Source of the DNA: Calditrichota bacterium
Lineage (GTDB): Bacteria > Calditrichota > Calditrichia > RBG-13-44-9 > J075
Direction: 5' to 3'
NCBI GenBank assembly: GCA_020434205.1
Contig: JAGRBF010000159.1
Location: 1-43,495 of the forward strand
Length of the DNA: 43,495 nt
A model generated the notes under the pieces. That model saw nothing but the letters and a program-made list of their open reading frames with translations. It was not told the origin of the DNA and made no database searches. The position numbers were made by a program, and so were the translations under genes. This document shows positions 28,801-36,608 of this stretch, piece by piece. Each line of letters starts with the position of its first letter. Position 1 is the stretch's first letter.

Positions 28801-31800
28801 GTGAGGAACGCGAGGAATTGGAGCAGCACTTCGAGCAGCAGAACCATCCCTGGGATCCCAATCTGCTCTCCTGCACCCCAACCCTGGAGATGGGGGTGGA
28901 TATCGGAGCGCTTTCCTCGCTGGTGCTCTGTTCGGTGCCGCCCCGCCAGGCCAACTACCTGCAGCGCATCGGCCGGGCCGGTCGGCGGGATGGCAATAGC
29001 TTTATCCTGACTGTCGCCAATGGCGATCCCCACGATCTCTATTTCTACCAGCAGCCGGAAGAAATGATGGCCGGTGCGGTGGAGCCCCCGGGCGTTTTCC
29101 TGAATGCCCCGGCAGTCCTGGAACGCCAGTTTATCGCCTTCACCTTCGAAAGATTCATCCTGGCCGGCGTCCCGACCCCCGCCTTGCCGGCTAAAATCCG
29201 TCCGGTGCTCAACAGGTGGGAGAAGGAAGAACCGGGTAATTTCCCCTACAACTGGCTGGCCTTTTGCGAATCCTCGCAGGGAATTTTGCTTACTGACTTT
29301 TTCAACCTCTTTCAGGATGCCCTGGACGAGACGGCCAGAAAACACCTTTCTCAGTTTGTAAAAACCGACCGCCGTGAGGGCCTGCAATCCAGTATTAAAG
29401 CCGCTTTTGCCGATGCCGCGGAGGAGATCCGGGTGCATCGCCAGCGGGTTCAGCAACTCAACCGGAAAATCCGGGAAATGGAAAACAGTCCGGTTCGGGA
29501 CCAAAACTACGATGCCAATCTCAACGAACTAAAACGCGAAAAGCAGGCCCTTAACGGGATTATCAACAAAATTGCCGATAAGGACCTGTTTAGCTTTCTC
29601 AGTGAAGAAGGACTGCTGCCCAATTACGCTTTTCCCGAGCCGGGGGTGCAACTGCGTTCGGTTATCTATCGGAAAAAGAGACGCGCCGATGCGGAGGGCG
29701 CCTATCAGGTGAGCGTCTACGAATACGAGCGCCCCGGGGCCAGCGCCATTCGCGAGCTTGCCCCCGAGAATCAGTTCTACGCCGGGGGGCGCCGGGTGAG
29801 CGTGGATCAGATAAATCTCCAGCTTTCCCCGGAGGAATTCTGGCGGTTTTGCGACAATTGCAGCCACATGGCCCGGGATCTGGGCGGGGAAGTATCGCCC
29901 ACCTGTCCCACCTGTGGGAGCGAAAGGTGGTCCGACCACAATCAGGTCCGTTCCCTGATTCGCATGAAGCAGGTGATGGCCAATACCAGCGACCGGGAAA
30001 GCCGTATCGGGGACGACAGCGACGATCGAAGCCCTGCCCACTATCACAATCATTTGGTGGTCGAAATCGGCAGGGACAAAGTTGCCAGCGCCTTTCACAT
30101 TCCCGGCGACCAGGTGCCCTTCGGATTCGAATACATCTCCCGTTTCACCCTTCGCGAGATCAACTTCGGCCATCGCGAGCAAGCCGGCAACCCGATCCGC
30201 ATTGCCGGGCAGGATACCGGGATCAACGGCTTTCAGGTTTGCCGGGCCTGCGGAAAAGTCCGAAAAGCCGGGGACGCCGAAGGCCGCTGGCACGCCTTCG
30301 GTTGCCGTTATCGCGGCTTAACCGACGACGATTCTACCCTGAGCGGGTTTTACCTCTACCGCGAATTTCAGTCCGAAGCCCTGCGCATTCTGGCCCCGGC
30401 CCTGCTGAGAGAGGATTCCGGTTCGGTGGTCAACTCGCTGCGCGCAGCCCTTTTCCTGGGGCTTCGGGAGCATTTCCGGGGAGACATCGAGCACCTGCAG
30501 ATCGCCCAGCAGTTTGAACCCTACGATGGCCCGGATTTTCAGCGCCATTACCTGGTGCTCTACGACCGCGTTCCCGGGGGAACCGGCTATCTTAAGGAAT
30601 TAATGCGTGATAATTACCCCCTCCTGGATGTGCTGCAAAAAGGGCTGGATAAACTCAAGGCCTGTCCCCGATGCAGCCGTGCTGACGGTCCGGACGGCTG
30701 TTACCAATGTATTTACGCCTATCGTTTTAGCCGCGATATGGCCAATATCTCGCGGCAAAGCGCCATTAACCTGCTCACCGAGATTCTCCGGAACCGCCAT
30801 CAGGTTGGTCCCATCGAAACGGTTGATACCATTTCCCTGAACAACCTTTTGGAAAGCGAACTGGAAAAGCGTTTTGTGGACGGCCTGGCCCGCCTGGCCC
30901 TGGAAAAGGACAATATCCGCCTGGAGAAAGAGATCGTCAATGGCAAGCACGGTTGGCGGCTGCAGGTCGGAGAATCCGTCTATCGCATGGAACCCCAGGT
31001 AAATCTGGGGCCGGAGCAAGGGGTGTCCGAGCGCTGCCGGGCAGACTTTGTGCTTTACCCGATTAAACAAACGCCCGGAAAGCCGGTGGTGCTCTTTACC
31101 GACGGCTTTGCCTATCACGCCGGGGAAACACAGCTAAACCGCCGCCTGGGAGCGGATATGCGTCAGCGTATGGCCATTGTGGACAGCAAAGCCTTCCGGG
31201 TGTGGTCGCTAACCTGGCAGGACCTCGAAAAACTGGAAACCCGCCATCCGGAACATTTTGAGAACCTGCTTAAATCGCCTCCCCACCAGCTTTTTCAGGT
31301 TTACAGTAACCAACCGGGTCGACAAGAACATCAGCGCTTGCTCCAGCTGGGCTCCATGGATCTTCTGATCGCCCATCTGGAAAAGCCTCAGGCCGGGTAT
31401 TGGCTGGCGGTTGCGCACCTGGCCGTTCTGGGCATGGTGGTGGCGGAAGGTTTGGTGAACATCAGTAAGGACACCTATCGCAAGGCTTTGCAAGAGGCCG
31501 TGGCCGCTCCGCTTGATGAGCAAAAGCTGGACGTCCCTTTAGCCGAAGAGGGAGGCACTTTACTGGGCTGCCGCTGGGTGTTCTCGGGAGAGCAGGAGGG
31601 GGCAACCGTGCTGTTTATGGTGATCAGTCAGAACGATGACATCGTTACCTCGGGTGGGAAAGGCATTCGGCTGCTGGTGCGCCTCTTAGACGAAAAGCCC
31701 ATGCCCCGCGAAAAGTTCCGGCGCCTCTGGAATGGTTATCTGCAGGCCTTCAACCTGCTGCAGTTTTTGCCGGGAGCGCGATTCCTCGCCAGTGAAGGGC

Positions 31801-32165
31801 TTCGTAGCGCCGGGGATCCCGTGGTGGATGAATGGTTGTTTGCCGAGATTGAACCGCAACAGGATGCCCCGCAAATTGAACCCGCCTGGGCGGAGATTCT
31901 GGCCGTCAGCGAACCGGCCTGGCAGGGGGCAATTGAGCAACTCAGCGGCATGTCCGTCCCCCTGCCCATCTGCGGCTACGAACTCATGAACACCGGTGGG
32001 GCGGTTTGCGCTCAGGCTTTCCTGGCCTGGGAAAACGACATGATTGCCATTCTGGCGCCAGATGAAATGGATGGAAAACACCTTTTTGAAGAAGCCGGCT
32101 GGCAGGTTTTTGCTATCGACGCTCTGGTGAGAGATCCGGCAATGCTGTCAGGCCTTTTCAAATAA
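25878..32165 (+). CDS. 2095-aa DEAD/DEAH-box helicase fused to a DUF1998 zinc module and C-terminal Vsr/DUF559-like domains (DrmA+DrmB fusion-like, or DruE-like)
   Basis: Start set to ATG 25878 (MIPAILSRQ..; the ORF track's upstream extension overlaps the methyltransferase). Walker A ATGTGSGKTE (26163-26189), DELH (26559-26570), SATLG, ..TPTLEMGVDIG.. and ..QRIGRAGRR... DUF1998-type Cys clusters FCDNCSH..CPTCGS, CRACGKV, YLVLYDRVPGGTGYL and CPRCSRADGPDGCYQC (about 29840-30710). Confidence 0.85.
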   Translation: MIPAILSRQVRQGIRDFLLTTFPVSTPLFRETLPQLLEDEEALFKGPYLSLKRPFRAAADAGQPFTGFEPGFTAHRHQARAFARLNGEAPRSTLIATGTGSGKTESFLFPVLEHCYRNREKGGIKAILIYPMNALANDQARRLARFVHREPRLRGSLRAGLYIGGKGERSNKEMTAENVITDRFRLRDQPPDILLTNYKMLDYLLVRPGDQALWRHNAPETLQYLVVDELHTFDGAQGTDLACLLRRLKQRLKTPAGHLCCVGTSATLGGEKEASRLLDYARDIFGEPFDGQAIINEDLLSSAEFLAGSPIRYREIPDAAGGLLPGEAHTPYAYLADQYRLWFGEEAPAAPEELATALPQKLREHQFLRYLLNILEKGPRPVGEIGAELSLLVPEFGAASPQERAKLLDSFVALISAARINNGQGQLPFLEVRYQLWLRELRRMVVSVAQRPQMAFSDDLDQDALAGHLPVVHCRECGAMGWGALKRQQDTRFSPDLQRFYQSFFAGGPTLHFVFPVQHSEGRGQGICGHCLHHYQGSPQNCPACGKADRLIAAEVFNERRTRNNRVYVDKHCPYCQAHDGLTILGSRAASLISVAISQLFASPFNDDKKLLTFSDSVQDAAHRAGFFGARTFRFNFRAALQQCLQDQEQPPSLAAMPGVFEQYWSRRLDGNAYLSTFFPPDLHYREDYGYLRQHGKLPRGSELPELLRQRLSWEVNSEYGYRARVGRTLEKSGASIALPDPQRLQKALENLLPMLREEIGGLRELDQTALARLIGGFIAQLRVKGGVFHPGLESYIREGANTFMLRRVPYMPPFAPGGRTPVFLSQIPFGYERFDVLLRAGSVTWHSQWAVKNLLPFGQQFDPFMGDIYRLLLRELVAREILQEETVHGVSVWGLRGEALQLTTAVRQLRCDTCGHDMSAATGEDHWVGMPCLRFNCRGHYQAEPSGEDYYRRLYSTGDIQRIFAEEHTGLLGREEREELEQHFEQQNHPWDPNLLSCTPTLEMGVDIGALSSLVLCSVPPRQANYLQRIGRAGRRDGNSFILTVANGDPHDLYFYQQPEEMMAGAVEPPGVFLNAPAVLERQFIAFTFERFILAGVPTPALPAKIRPVLNRWEKEEPGNFPYNWLAFCESSQGILLTDFFNLFQDALDETARKHLSQFVKTDRREGLQSSIKAAFADAAEEIRVHRQRVQQLNRKIREMENSPVRDQNYDANLNELKREKQALNGIINKIADKDLFSFLSEEGLLPNYAFPEPGVQLRSVIYRKKRRADAEGAYQVSVYEYERPGASAIRELAPENQFYAGGRRVSVDQINLQLSPEEFWRFCDNCSHMARDLGGEVSPTCPTCGSERWSDHNQVRSLIRMKQVMANTSDRESRIGDDSDDRSPAHYHNHLVVEIGRDKVASAFHIPGDQVPFGFEYISRFTLREINFGHREQAGNPIRIAGQDTGINGFQVCRACGKVRKAGDAEGRWHAFGCRYRGLTDDDSTLSGFYLYREFQSEALRILAPALLREDSGSVVNSLRAALFLGLREHFRGDIEHLQIAQQFEPYDGPDFQRHYLVLYDRVPGGTGYLKELMRDNYPLLDVLQKGLDKLKACPRCSRADGPDGCYQCIYAYRFSRDMANISRQSAINLLTEILRNRHQVGPIETVDTISLNNLLESELEKRFVDGLARLALEKDNIRLEKEIVNGKHGWRLQVGESVYRMEPQVNLGPEQGVSERCRADFVLYPIKQTPGKPVVLFTDGFAYHAGETQLNRRLGADMRQRMAIVDSKAFRVWSLTWQDLEKLETRHPEHFENLLKSPPHQLFQVYSNQPGRQEHQRLLQLGSMDLLIAHLEKPQAGYWLAVAHLAVLGMVVAEGLVNISKDTYRKALQEAVAAPLDEQKLDVPLAEEGGTLLGCRWVFSGEQEGATVLFMVISQNDDIVTSGGKGIRLLVRLLDEKPMPREKFRRLWNGYLQAFNLLQFLPGARFLASEGLRSAGDPVVDEWLFAEIEPQQDAPQIEPAWAEILAVSEPAWQGAIEQLSGMSVPLPICGYELMNTGGAVCAQAFLAWENDMIAILAPDEMDGKHLFEEAGWQVFAIDALVRDPAMLSGLFK

Positions 32166-32194
32166 AAACTTGTTCCCAAAGCCTTGGATAAAAT

Positions 32195-34333
32195 ATGACT
32201 TCATCTTCAGTCCCAACCAACAAGCCCGTTAACGTTGCCATATCCGTGGACCTGCTCAAGGCTTACGCCGGGATTCCCCGTTCACAGCAGGGCAAAATCC
32301 GGGAGTTCATTGAAAAATTCCAGGAGAATCCCACCTCTCCGGGGATCAACTACGAAAAGATTCAGCAATGGAAAGACCCCAACCTGCGTTCCGTGCGCAT
32401 CGACCAACAATACCGTGGGGTAGTCCTCAAACCCGATAGCGGAAACCTCTTTATGCTCCTTTGGGTGGCTACTCATGACGAAGCATACCAGTGGGGCATG
32501 GACAAGCGCATTAAAATTCATCCCACCACCGGTTCCTTGCAGGTCGTATCCACCGAATTGGTGGAGCCGGAGCCTCAACGTCAGGATAAAGCCCGGGTGC
32601 CAGGACTTTTTGATGCCTACAAAGACCGGCAACTGGCGCGTCTGGGGGTGCCTGAAGAACTGTTGCCGCTGGTGCGCCATATCCGCAACGAGCAGCAATT
32701 GGATGTTCGTTCCCACGAGCTGCCTCAAGAAGTTTATGAGGCCCTGTTGATGCTGGCTGCCGGTTACAGCTATGAGGAAGCGGTGCTGGAAATTGAAGCC
32801 CCTGAACAACCGGTTGATACGGGAGATCTTTCCGAAGCCCTTCAGCATCCGGACTCGCAGCGGCGCTTTCATGTTCTGACCGATGCCCAGGAATTGGCCG
32901 AGATTCTCAATGCCCCGTTAGCGTTGTGGCGGGTTTTCTTACACCCATCCCAGCAGAAGCTGGTCAGTCAACACTTTAACGGTCCCGCAAGGGTGCTGGG
33001 TGGGGCAGGCACCGGAAAAACCGTGGTAGCCATGCATCGCACCAAATTTCTGGCTGGCCGCTGTGGCAAGGGTGAGCGCGTTCTGGTCACCACCTTTACC
33101 CGCAACCTGGCCGAAGACATTCGCACCAATCTCCACAAGATTTGTTCCCTGGAGGAAATGAAGCGCATTGAGGTCATACATTTCGATGGGTGGGTGGCCA
33201 GTTTCCTCCGAAAAAACGGCTACGACTTTCAATTGGTTTACGGCCGGGAGGAATCGGAGGCCTATTGGAACAACGCCCTCAATGTGGCGCCCCCGGCACT
33301 GGATTACGACCGTTCCTTCTATCAGGCAGAGTGGGAACAGGTTATCCAGGCCCAGGGCATTGTCACCCGGGAGGCGTATCTCAAAACGCTTCGCAGTGGC
33401 CGGGGGGTTCGGCTCAGTCGCATTGAGCGCAGCCGCATCTGGCCGGTTTTTGAAGAATACCGCGAGCAGTTAAATGCCCATGGCAAAAAGGAATTCGTTG
33501 ATGCCACCCGGGATGCCCGGCGCCTGTTGGAGCAGCAGGGCGATGTGCTGTCCTACCGCGCCATTGTGGTCGATGAAGCCCAGGACTTTAGCAGTGAGGC
33601 TTTTCGTTTAGTGCGCACCATGATCCCCGAATCGCGGGCTGACCTCAGTAACGACATTTTCATTGTCGGCGATGCCCATCAGCGCATATACGGGCACAAA
33701 GTGGTACTGGGACACTGTGGCATTAACATTCGTGGCCGGGGGCGGCGCCTCAAGATCAACTACCGCACCACCGAAGAAACCCGTCGTTGGGCCATAAATT
33801 TACTGGAAGGCAAGGATATTGACGATCTGGACGGTCAACCCGATCATCAGCGGCTCTACAAATCCTTGATACATGGGGTTGAGCCGGGGCTTCACGGGTT
33901 TGACAGCTTTGCCGCGGAAACCGCCTTTATCCGGGAACACATTTCGCAACTGATCGGGGAGGGGGCATTGCCAGAGGGCATTTGTTTGACTGCCCGGACC
34001 CATTCCTTGCTGAAACAGTATGAGGGGGCCTTATTGTCGGCGGGTTTAGAAACCTATACCATTCGTCATGAGCAGGCCGAAGAAATCCGTCACCCTGGCA
34101 TTCGCTTGGCCACCATGCACCGGGTTAAGGGGATCGAATTCGACCATATGATCATTGCCGGGGTAAATAGCGGCATCGTTCCCCTGGAGATTACCCGGGG
34201 CAGCAGCGAAGACCCTGCCATCGCGGCGGATCACGACCTCAAAGAGCGGGCCCTGCTTTACGTTGCCGCCACCCGCGCCCGCAAAACGGTGGTGATCACC
34301 TGGTTTGGGGCGGGTAGTGAGTTTGTGGTGTAG
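32195..34333 (+). CDS. UvrD/Rep-family (SF1) helicase with N-terminal RelE/ParE-like domain
   Basis: Walker A GGAGTGKTVVAMHR, motif II IVVDEAQDF, C-terminal ..TMHRVKGIEFDHMII.. and ..LLYVAATRARK... The N-terminal ~110 aa read ..FIEKFQENPTSPGINYEKI..LRSVRIDQQYRGVVLKPDSGNLFMLLWVATHDEAY.. (RelE/ParE-like pattern). Confidence 0.85.
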   Translation: MTSSSVPTNKPVNVAISVDLLKAYAGIPRSQQGKIREFIEKFQENPTSPGINYEKIQQWKDPNLRSVRIDQQYRGVVLKPDSGNLFMLLWVATHDEAYQWGMDKRIKIHPTTGSLQVVSTELVEPEPQRQDKARVPGLFDAYKDRQLARLGVPEELLPLVRHIRNEQQLDVRSHELPQEVYEALLMLAAGYSYEEAVLEIEAPEQPVDTGDLSEALQHPDSQRRFHVLTDAQELAEILNAPLALWRVFLHPSQQKLVSQHFNGPARVLGGAGTGKTVVAMHRTKFLAGRCGKGERVLVTTFTRNLAEDIRTNLHKICSLEEMKRIEVIHFDGWVASFLRKNGYDFQLVYGREESEAYWNNALNVAPPALDYDRSFYQAEWEQVIQAQGIVTREAYLKTLRSGRGVRLSRIERSRIWPVFEEYREQLNAHGKKEFVDATRDARRLLEQQGDVLSYRAIVVDEAQDFSSEAFRLVRTMIPESRADLSNDIFIVGDAHQRIYGHKVVLGHCGINIRGRGRRLKINYRTTEETRRWAINLLEGKDIDDLDGQPDHQRLYKSLIHGVEPGLHGFDSFAAETAFIREHISQLIGEGALPEGICLTARTHSLLKQYEGALLSAGLETYTIRHEQAEEIRHPGIRLATMHRVKGIEFDHMIIAGVNSGIVPLEITRGSSEDPAIAADHDLKERALLYVAATRARKTVVITWFGAGSEFVV

Positions 34334-34438
34334 AGGGTAGGGAAAACCAAAACCGCCGGCCCTGGCTGTACGGCCTTTGGCTAAACACTTGCGAAAATAT
34401 TAATTGTTTACTTTGCTATCCGGATTGTGGAGGAAGAA

Positions 34439-35917
34439 ATGGATTCCATGGTAATTTCATATCTAAATTTGGCTGTCGTTTTTGTCTTGGTTCTTCTTAT
34501 TGCGGCTATAATCTCAAAACTGGGAAAATTACATGCGCTACAACTGGCCCATCGGGAGGAGGGGCGGGACTTATCGGATATCGTTGCTAAACTGCAGCCT
34601 GCTCTGCAAAACCTGAATAGCGCTCAGGAACGGGTCGAAGCCAATCTGGCAAGCATGACCCAACGTTTGGAAACAACAGAACAGCTTGGCAACCGATTGG
34701 AGGAGCAACTCTGCGCAATGGATAGAAGCCTGAGCGGGATACTGACGAATGTGGAGCACCTCCAGGAAGAGAGTGATGCCTCGCGCCAGAATCACCGAAC
34801 AGAAATGGCCAGGGTTAACCGGCATCTTGGTGTCCTCGTTCCCGAAATTGCCGGAAATTCCACCCTAGCCCAACTTTCCTTCGACCAGGCCTTGAATCAG
34901 GGAAAAATGCTAGGGGTTATTAAACAACAATCCCTTTCTAAACTGGATCGTAAACTGGGCTCTATTTTTGCCGGAGTGCTGAATGGGCGGAGTGTCCAAT
35001 TGGTAGAAGCCGTTCACCGCATAAAAGATGGCCGGATTGTCATGACCCTGACCAAAGAAGGTCAAAAACTCTTGAATAGCGGTAAAGCAGAGCTCATGTA
35101 CGATAAAGCCGGTAACCTCTTGTCTACCATCCGCGATGCCAAACACAAACAATTTATTAAACAGTTCAAGGGGGTTCCCGCGAACCAGGTCGGGAGATTC
35201 GCAAAGGTTGGCAACCTGATTATTAATGCTGCACATATTGTCTCGGCAGCCGATATGCTGGCACGAATGAAGGTCATGGACGGCAAAATGAATTTATTGA
35301 TTGAAGGACGGCGAATCGACAAAATGGGGGAACTTGAAGCCATTTACCGCCGGGCTCAGGAGATTTTGAACCGGGACGAGTTGGCGCCCCAGGATATCAC
35401 GGAACTGCGTGGCATCCACCTTAATTTGATGAAATTGCGGGTGACCTGGGTCCGTGAGGTATCGTACCGCCTGGATCAAATTGAAGATCCCAAAAACAGA
35501 AATTTCTTCGCTCGTAATCTGGGTCTTTTGGAAAAAACCCGAAATCAGGATCAGAGCATCCGTCAAAAAGTTAGTGATTTTGAACAGGAGCTCTTTCTCA
35601 TCGACTTTACAATAGTATTTGACGTTACCCTCTGCAGTTTTTTGGAGATTTCCTTGAAGCTGGACCAGGATTTGGACCAGCTTAAGCGAATAGAGAAGGA
35701 ACTGGCTTCAAAAGTTAACTACCTGACCGGAAAGTATGAGAATTTTTCGCTGGACGAGCCACTAGCCATAATGCAGCAGGTTTTACAGCGCACCAAACAT
35801 CTTATGCCCATCGCCACGGGCGAAAACGCTCTGGTGCAAATAGAAGAGACTGGAACAACAGTCGAAGACCCCGGCGGGTCGGAGGCTTATGGGCCGGAAA
35901 TTTTGCAGGCGGAATAG
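34439..35917 (+). CDS. N-terminally membrane-anchored coiled-coil protein, unknown function
   Basis: Start set to ATG 34439 (GGAGG 5 nt upstream). TM helix ISYLNLAVVFVLVLLIAAIISKL is followed by ~100 aa of heptad-like Q/E/L-rich sequence and then an uncharacterised domain. Confidence 0.6.
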   Translation: MDSMVISYLNLAVVFVLVLLIAAIISKLGKLHALQLAHREEGRDLSDIVAKLQPALQNLNSAQERVEANLASMTQRLETTEQLGNRLEEQLCAMDRSLSGILTNVEHLQEESDASRQNHRTEMARVNRHLGVLVPEIAGNSTLAQLSFDQALNQGKMLGVIKQQSLSKLDRKLGSIFAGVLNGRSVQLVEAVHRIKDGRIVMTLTKEGQKLLNSGKAELMYDKAGNLLSTIRDAKHKQFIKQFKGVPANQVGRFAKVGNLIINAAHIVSAADMLARMKVMDGKMNLLIEGRRIDKMGELEAIYRRAQEILNRDELAPQDITELRGIHLNLMKLRVTWVREVSYRLDQIEDPKNRNFFARNLGLLEKTRNQDQSIRQKVSDFEQELFLIDFTIVFDVTLCSFLEISLKLDQDLDQLKRIEKELASKVNYLTGKYENFSLDEPLAIMQQVLQRTKHLMPIATGENALVQIEETGTTVEDPGGSEAYGPEILQAE

Positions 35918-35990
35918 AAAAACAAAAACGAATGGAATCCTTTAATAAAGTTGTTTATACAAAATCAAAATTAGACCCGGAGAATCATCA

Positions 35991-36452
35991 ATGTCTTCTT
36001 CAAACTCCCAGCCACATCCAGAACTGAGTAAAAGCGATTTCTACCACAGTTTGCGCCAGCAGGTTCGTTCCTGGCTACAGAAAGATGGCAAGAAACATAA
36101 ATGGTCCGAATATTTGTTGTTGGCCCCGGACCTGTTTCACCTGCTCTGCAAACTGACCTTCGATAAACGGATCCCGACCTCGGAAAAAGCGAAGCTGGCG
36201 TCGGCAATCGCCTATTTTGTCTCACCGATTGACGTCATCCCTGAAGCTATTTTTGGGGTGGGGGGATATGTGGATGATGTTGCTTTGGCTGCCTTTGTAT
36301 TGAATTCCCTGATGAATAATTCCGATCCGGAAATAGTAAAGGAACACTGGGCTGGCGAGGGTGATGTCTTAGACCTGATTGGGCAGATAATTTCGGTTGC
36401 GGATCAAATGGTGGGAAGTGGGGCTTGGAAAAAATTGAAAGAGATTATCTGA
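35991..36452 (+). CDS. DUF1232 (YkvA-like) domain protein
   Basis: Signature AIAYFVSPIDVIPEAIFGVGGYVDDVALAAFVLN matches the Y..sP.D.IPD...G..DD motif of DUF1232. GGAGA lies 7 nt upstream of the ATG. Confidence 0.7.
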   Translation: MSSSNSQPHPELSKSDFYHSLRQQVRSWLQKDGKKHKWSEYLLLAPDLFHLLCKLTFDKRIPTSEKAKLASAIAYFVSPIDVIPEAIFGVGGYVDDVALAAFVLNSLMNNSDPEIVKEHWAGEGDVLDLIGQIISVADQMVGSGAWKKLKEII

Positions 36453-36480
36453 CAAATCCGCTCGATATCAGGGAATAACA

Positions 36481-36524
36481 ATCCCCAATAAAATCGGATT
36501 TTCCGTTCCGATTTTATTGGGGAT
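36481..36524. terminator. Perfect 17-bp hairpin between convergent genes (putative bidirectional terminator)
   Basis: ATCCCCAATAAAATCGG (36481-36497), 10-nt loop, CCGATTTTATTGGGGAT (36508-36524). It lies between the 3' ends of 35991..36452 (+) and 36609..37415 (-). No clean U-tract follows on either strand. Confidence 0.5.
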
Positions 36525-36608
36525 GTCTTATACTCGCTAAAGGAATCGAGTCTTGAATTGAGCCAAATAATTTGAAGGATCAAGCAGTTCCCTGAAAGCA
36601 GGACTACT

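Noticed and set aside
18286-32081. Many long antisense or overlapping ORFs inside the GC-rich cassette (e.g. 18286..18999 -, 21712..22803 -, 23098..23937 -, 25851..26972 -, 27246..27962 -, 28491..29504 -, 29529..30293 -)
   Set aside because: High GC suppresses stop codons in all frames. The products are Gly/Pro/Arg/Ala/Gln-rich low-complexity strings without motifs. Each lies entirely within a plus-strand gene that carries unambiguous helicase or methyltransferase motifs.
18277-34333. Interpretation of the cassette as BREX, type I R-M, type ISP or Dpd
   Set aside because: I found no PglZ, BrxC/BrxL/BrxA or HsdS/HsdR-type subunits. I recognised no nuclease motif fused to the methyltransferase, and there are no queuosine/7-deazaguanine pathway genes. 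SNF2 + NPPW methyltransferase + helicase/DUF1998 points to DISARM/Druantia-type logic.
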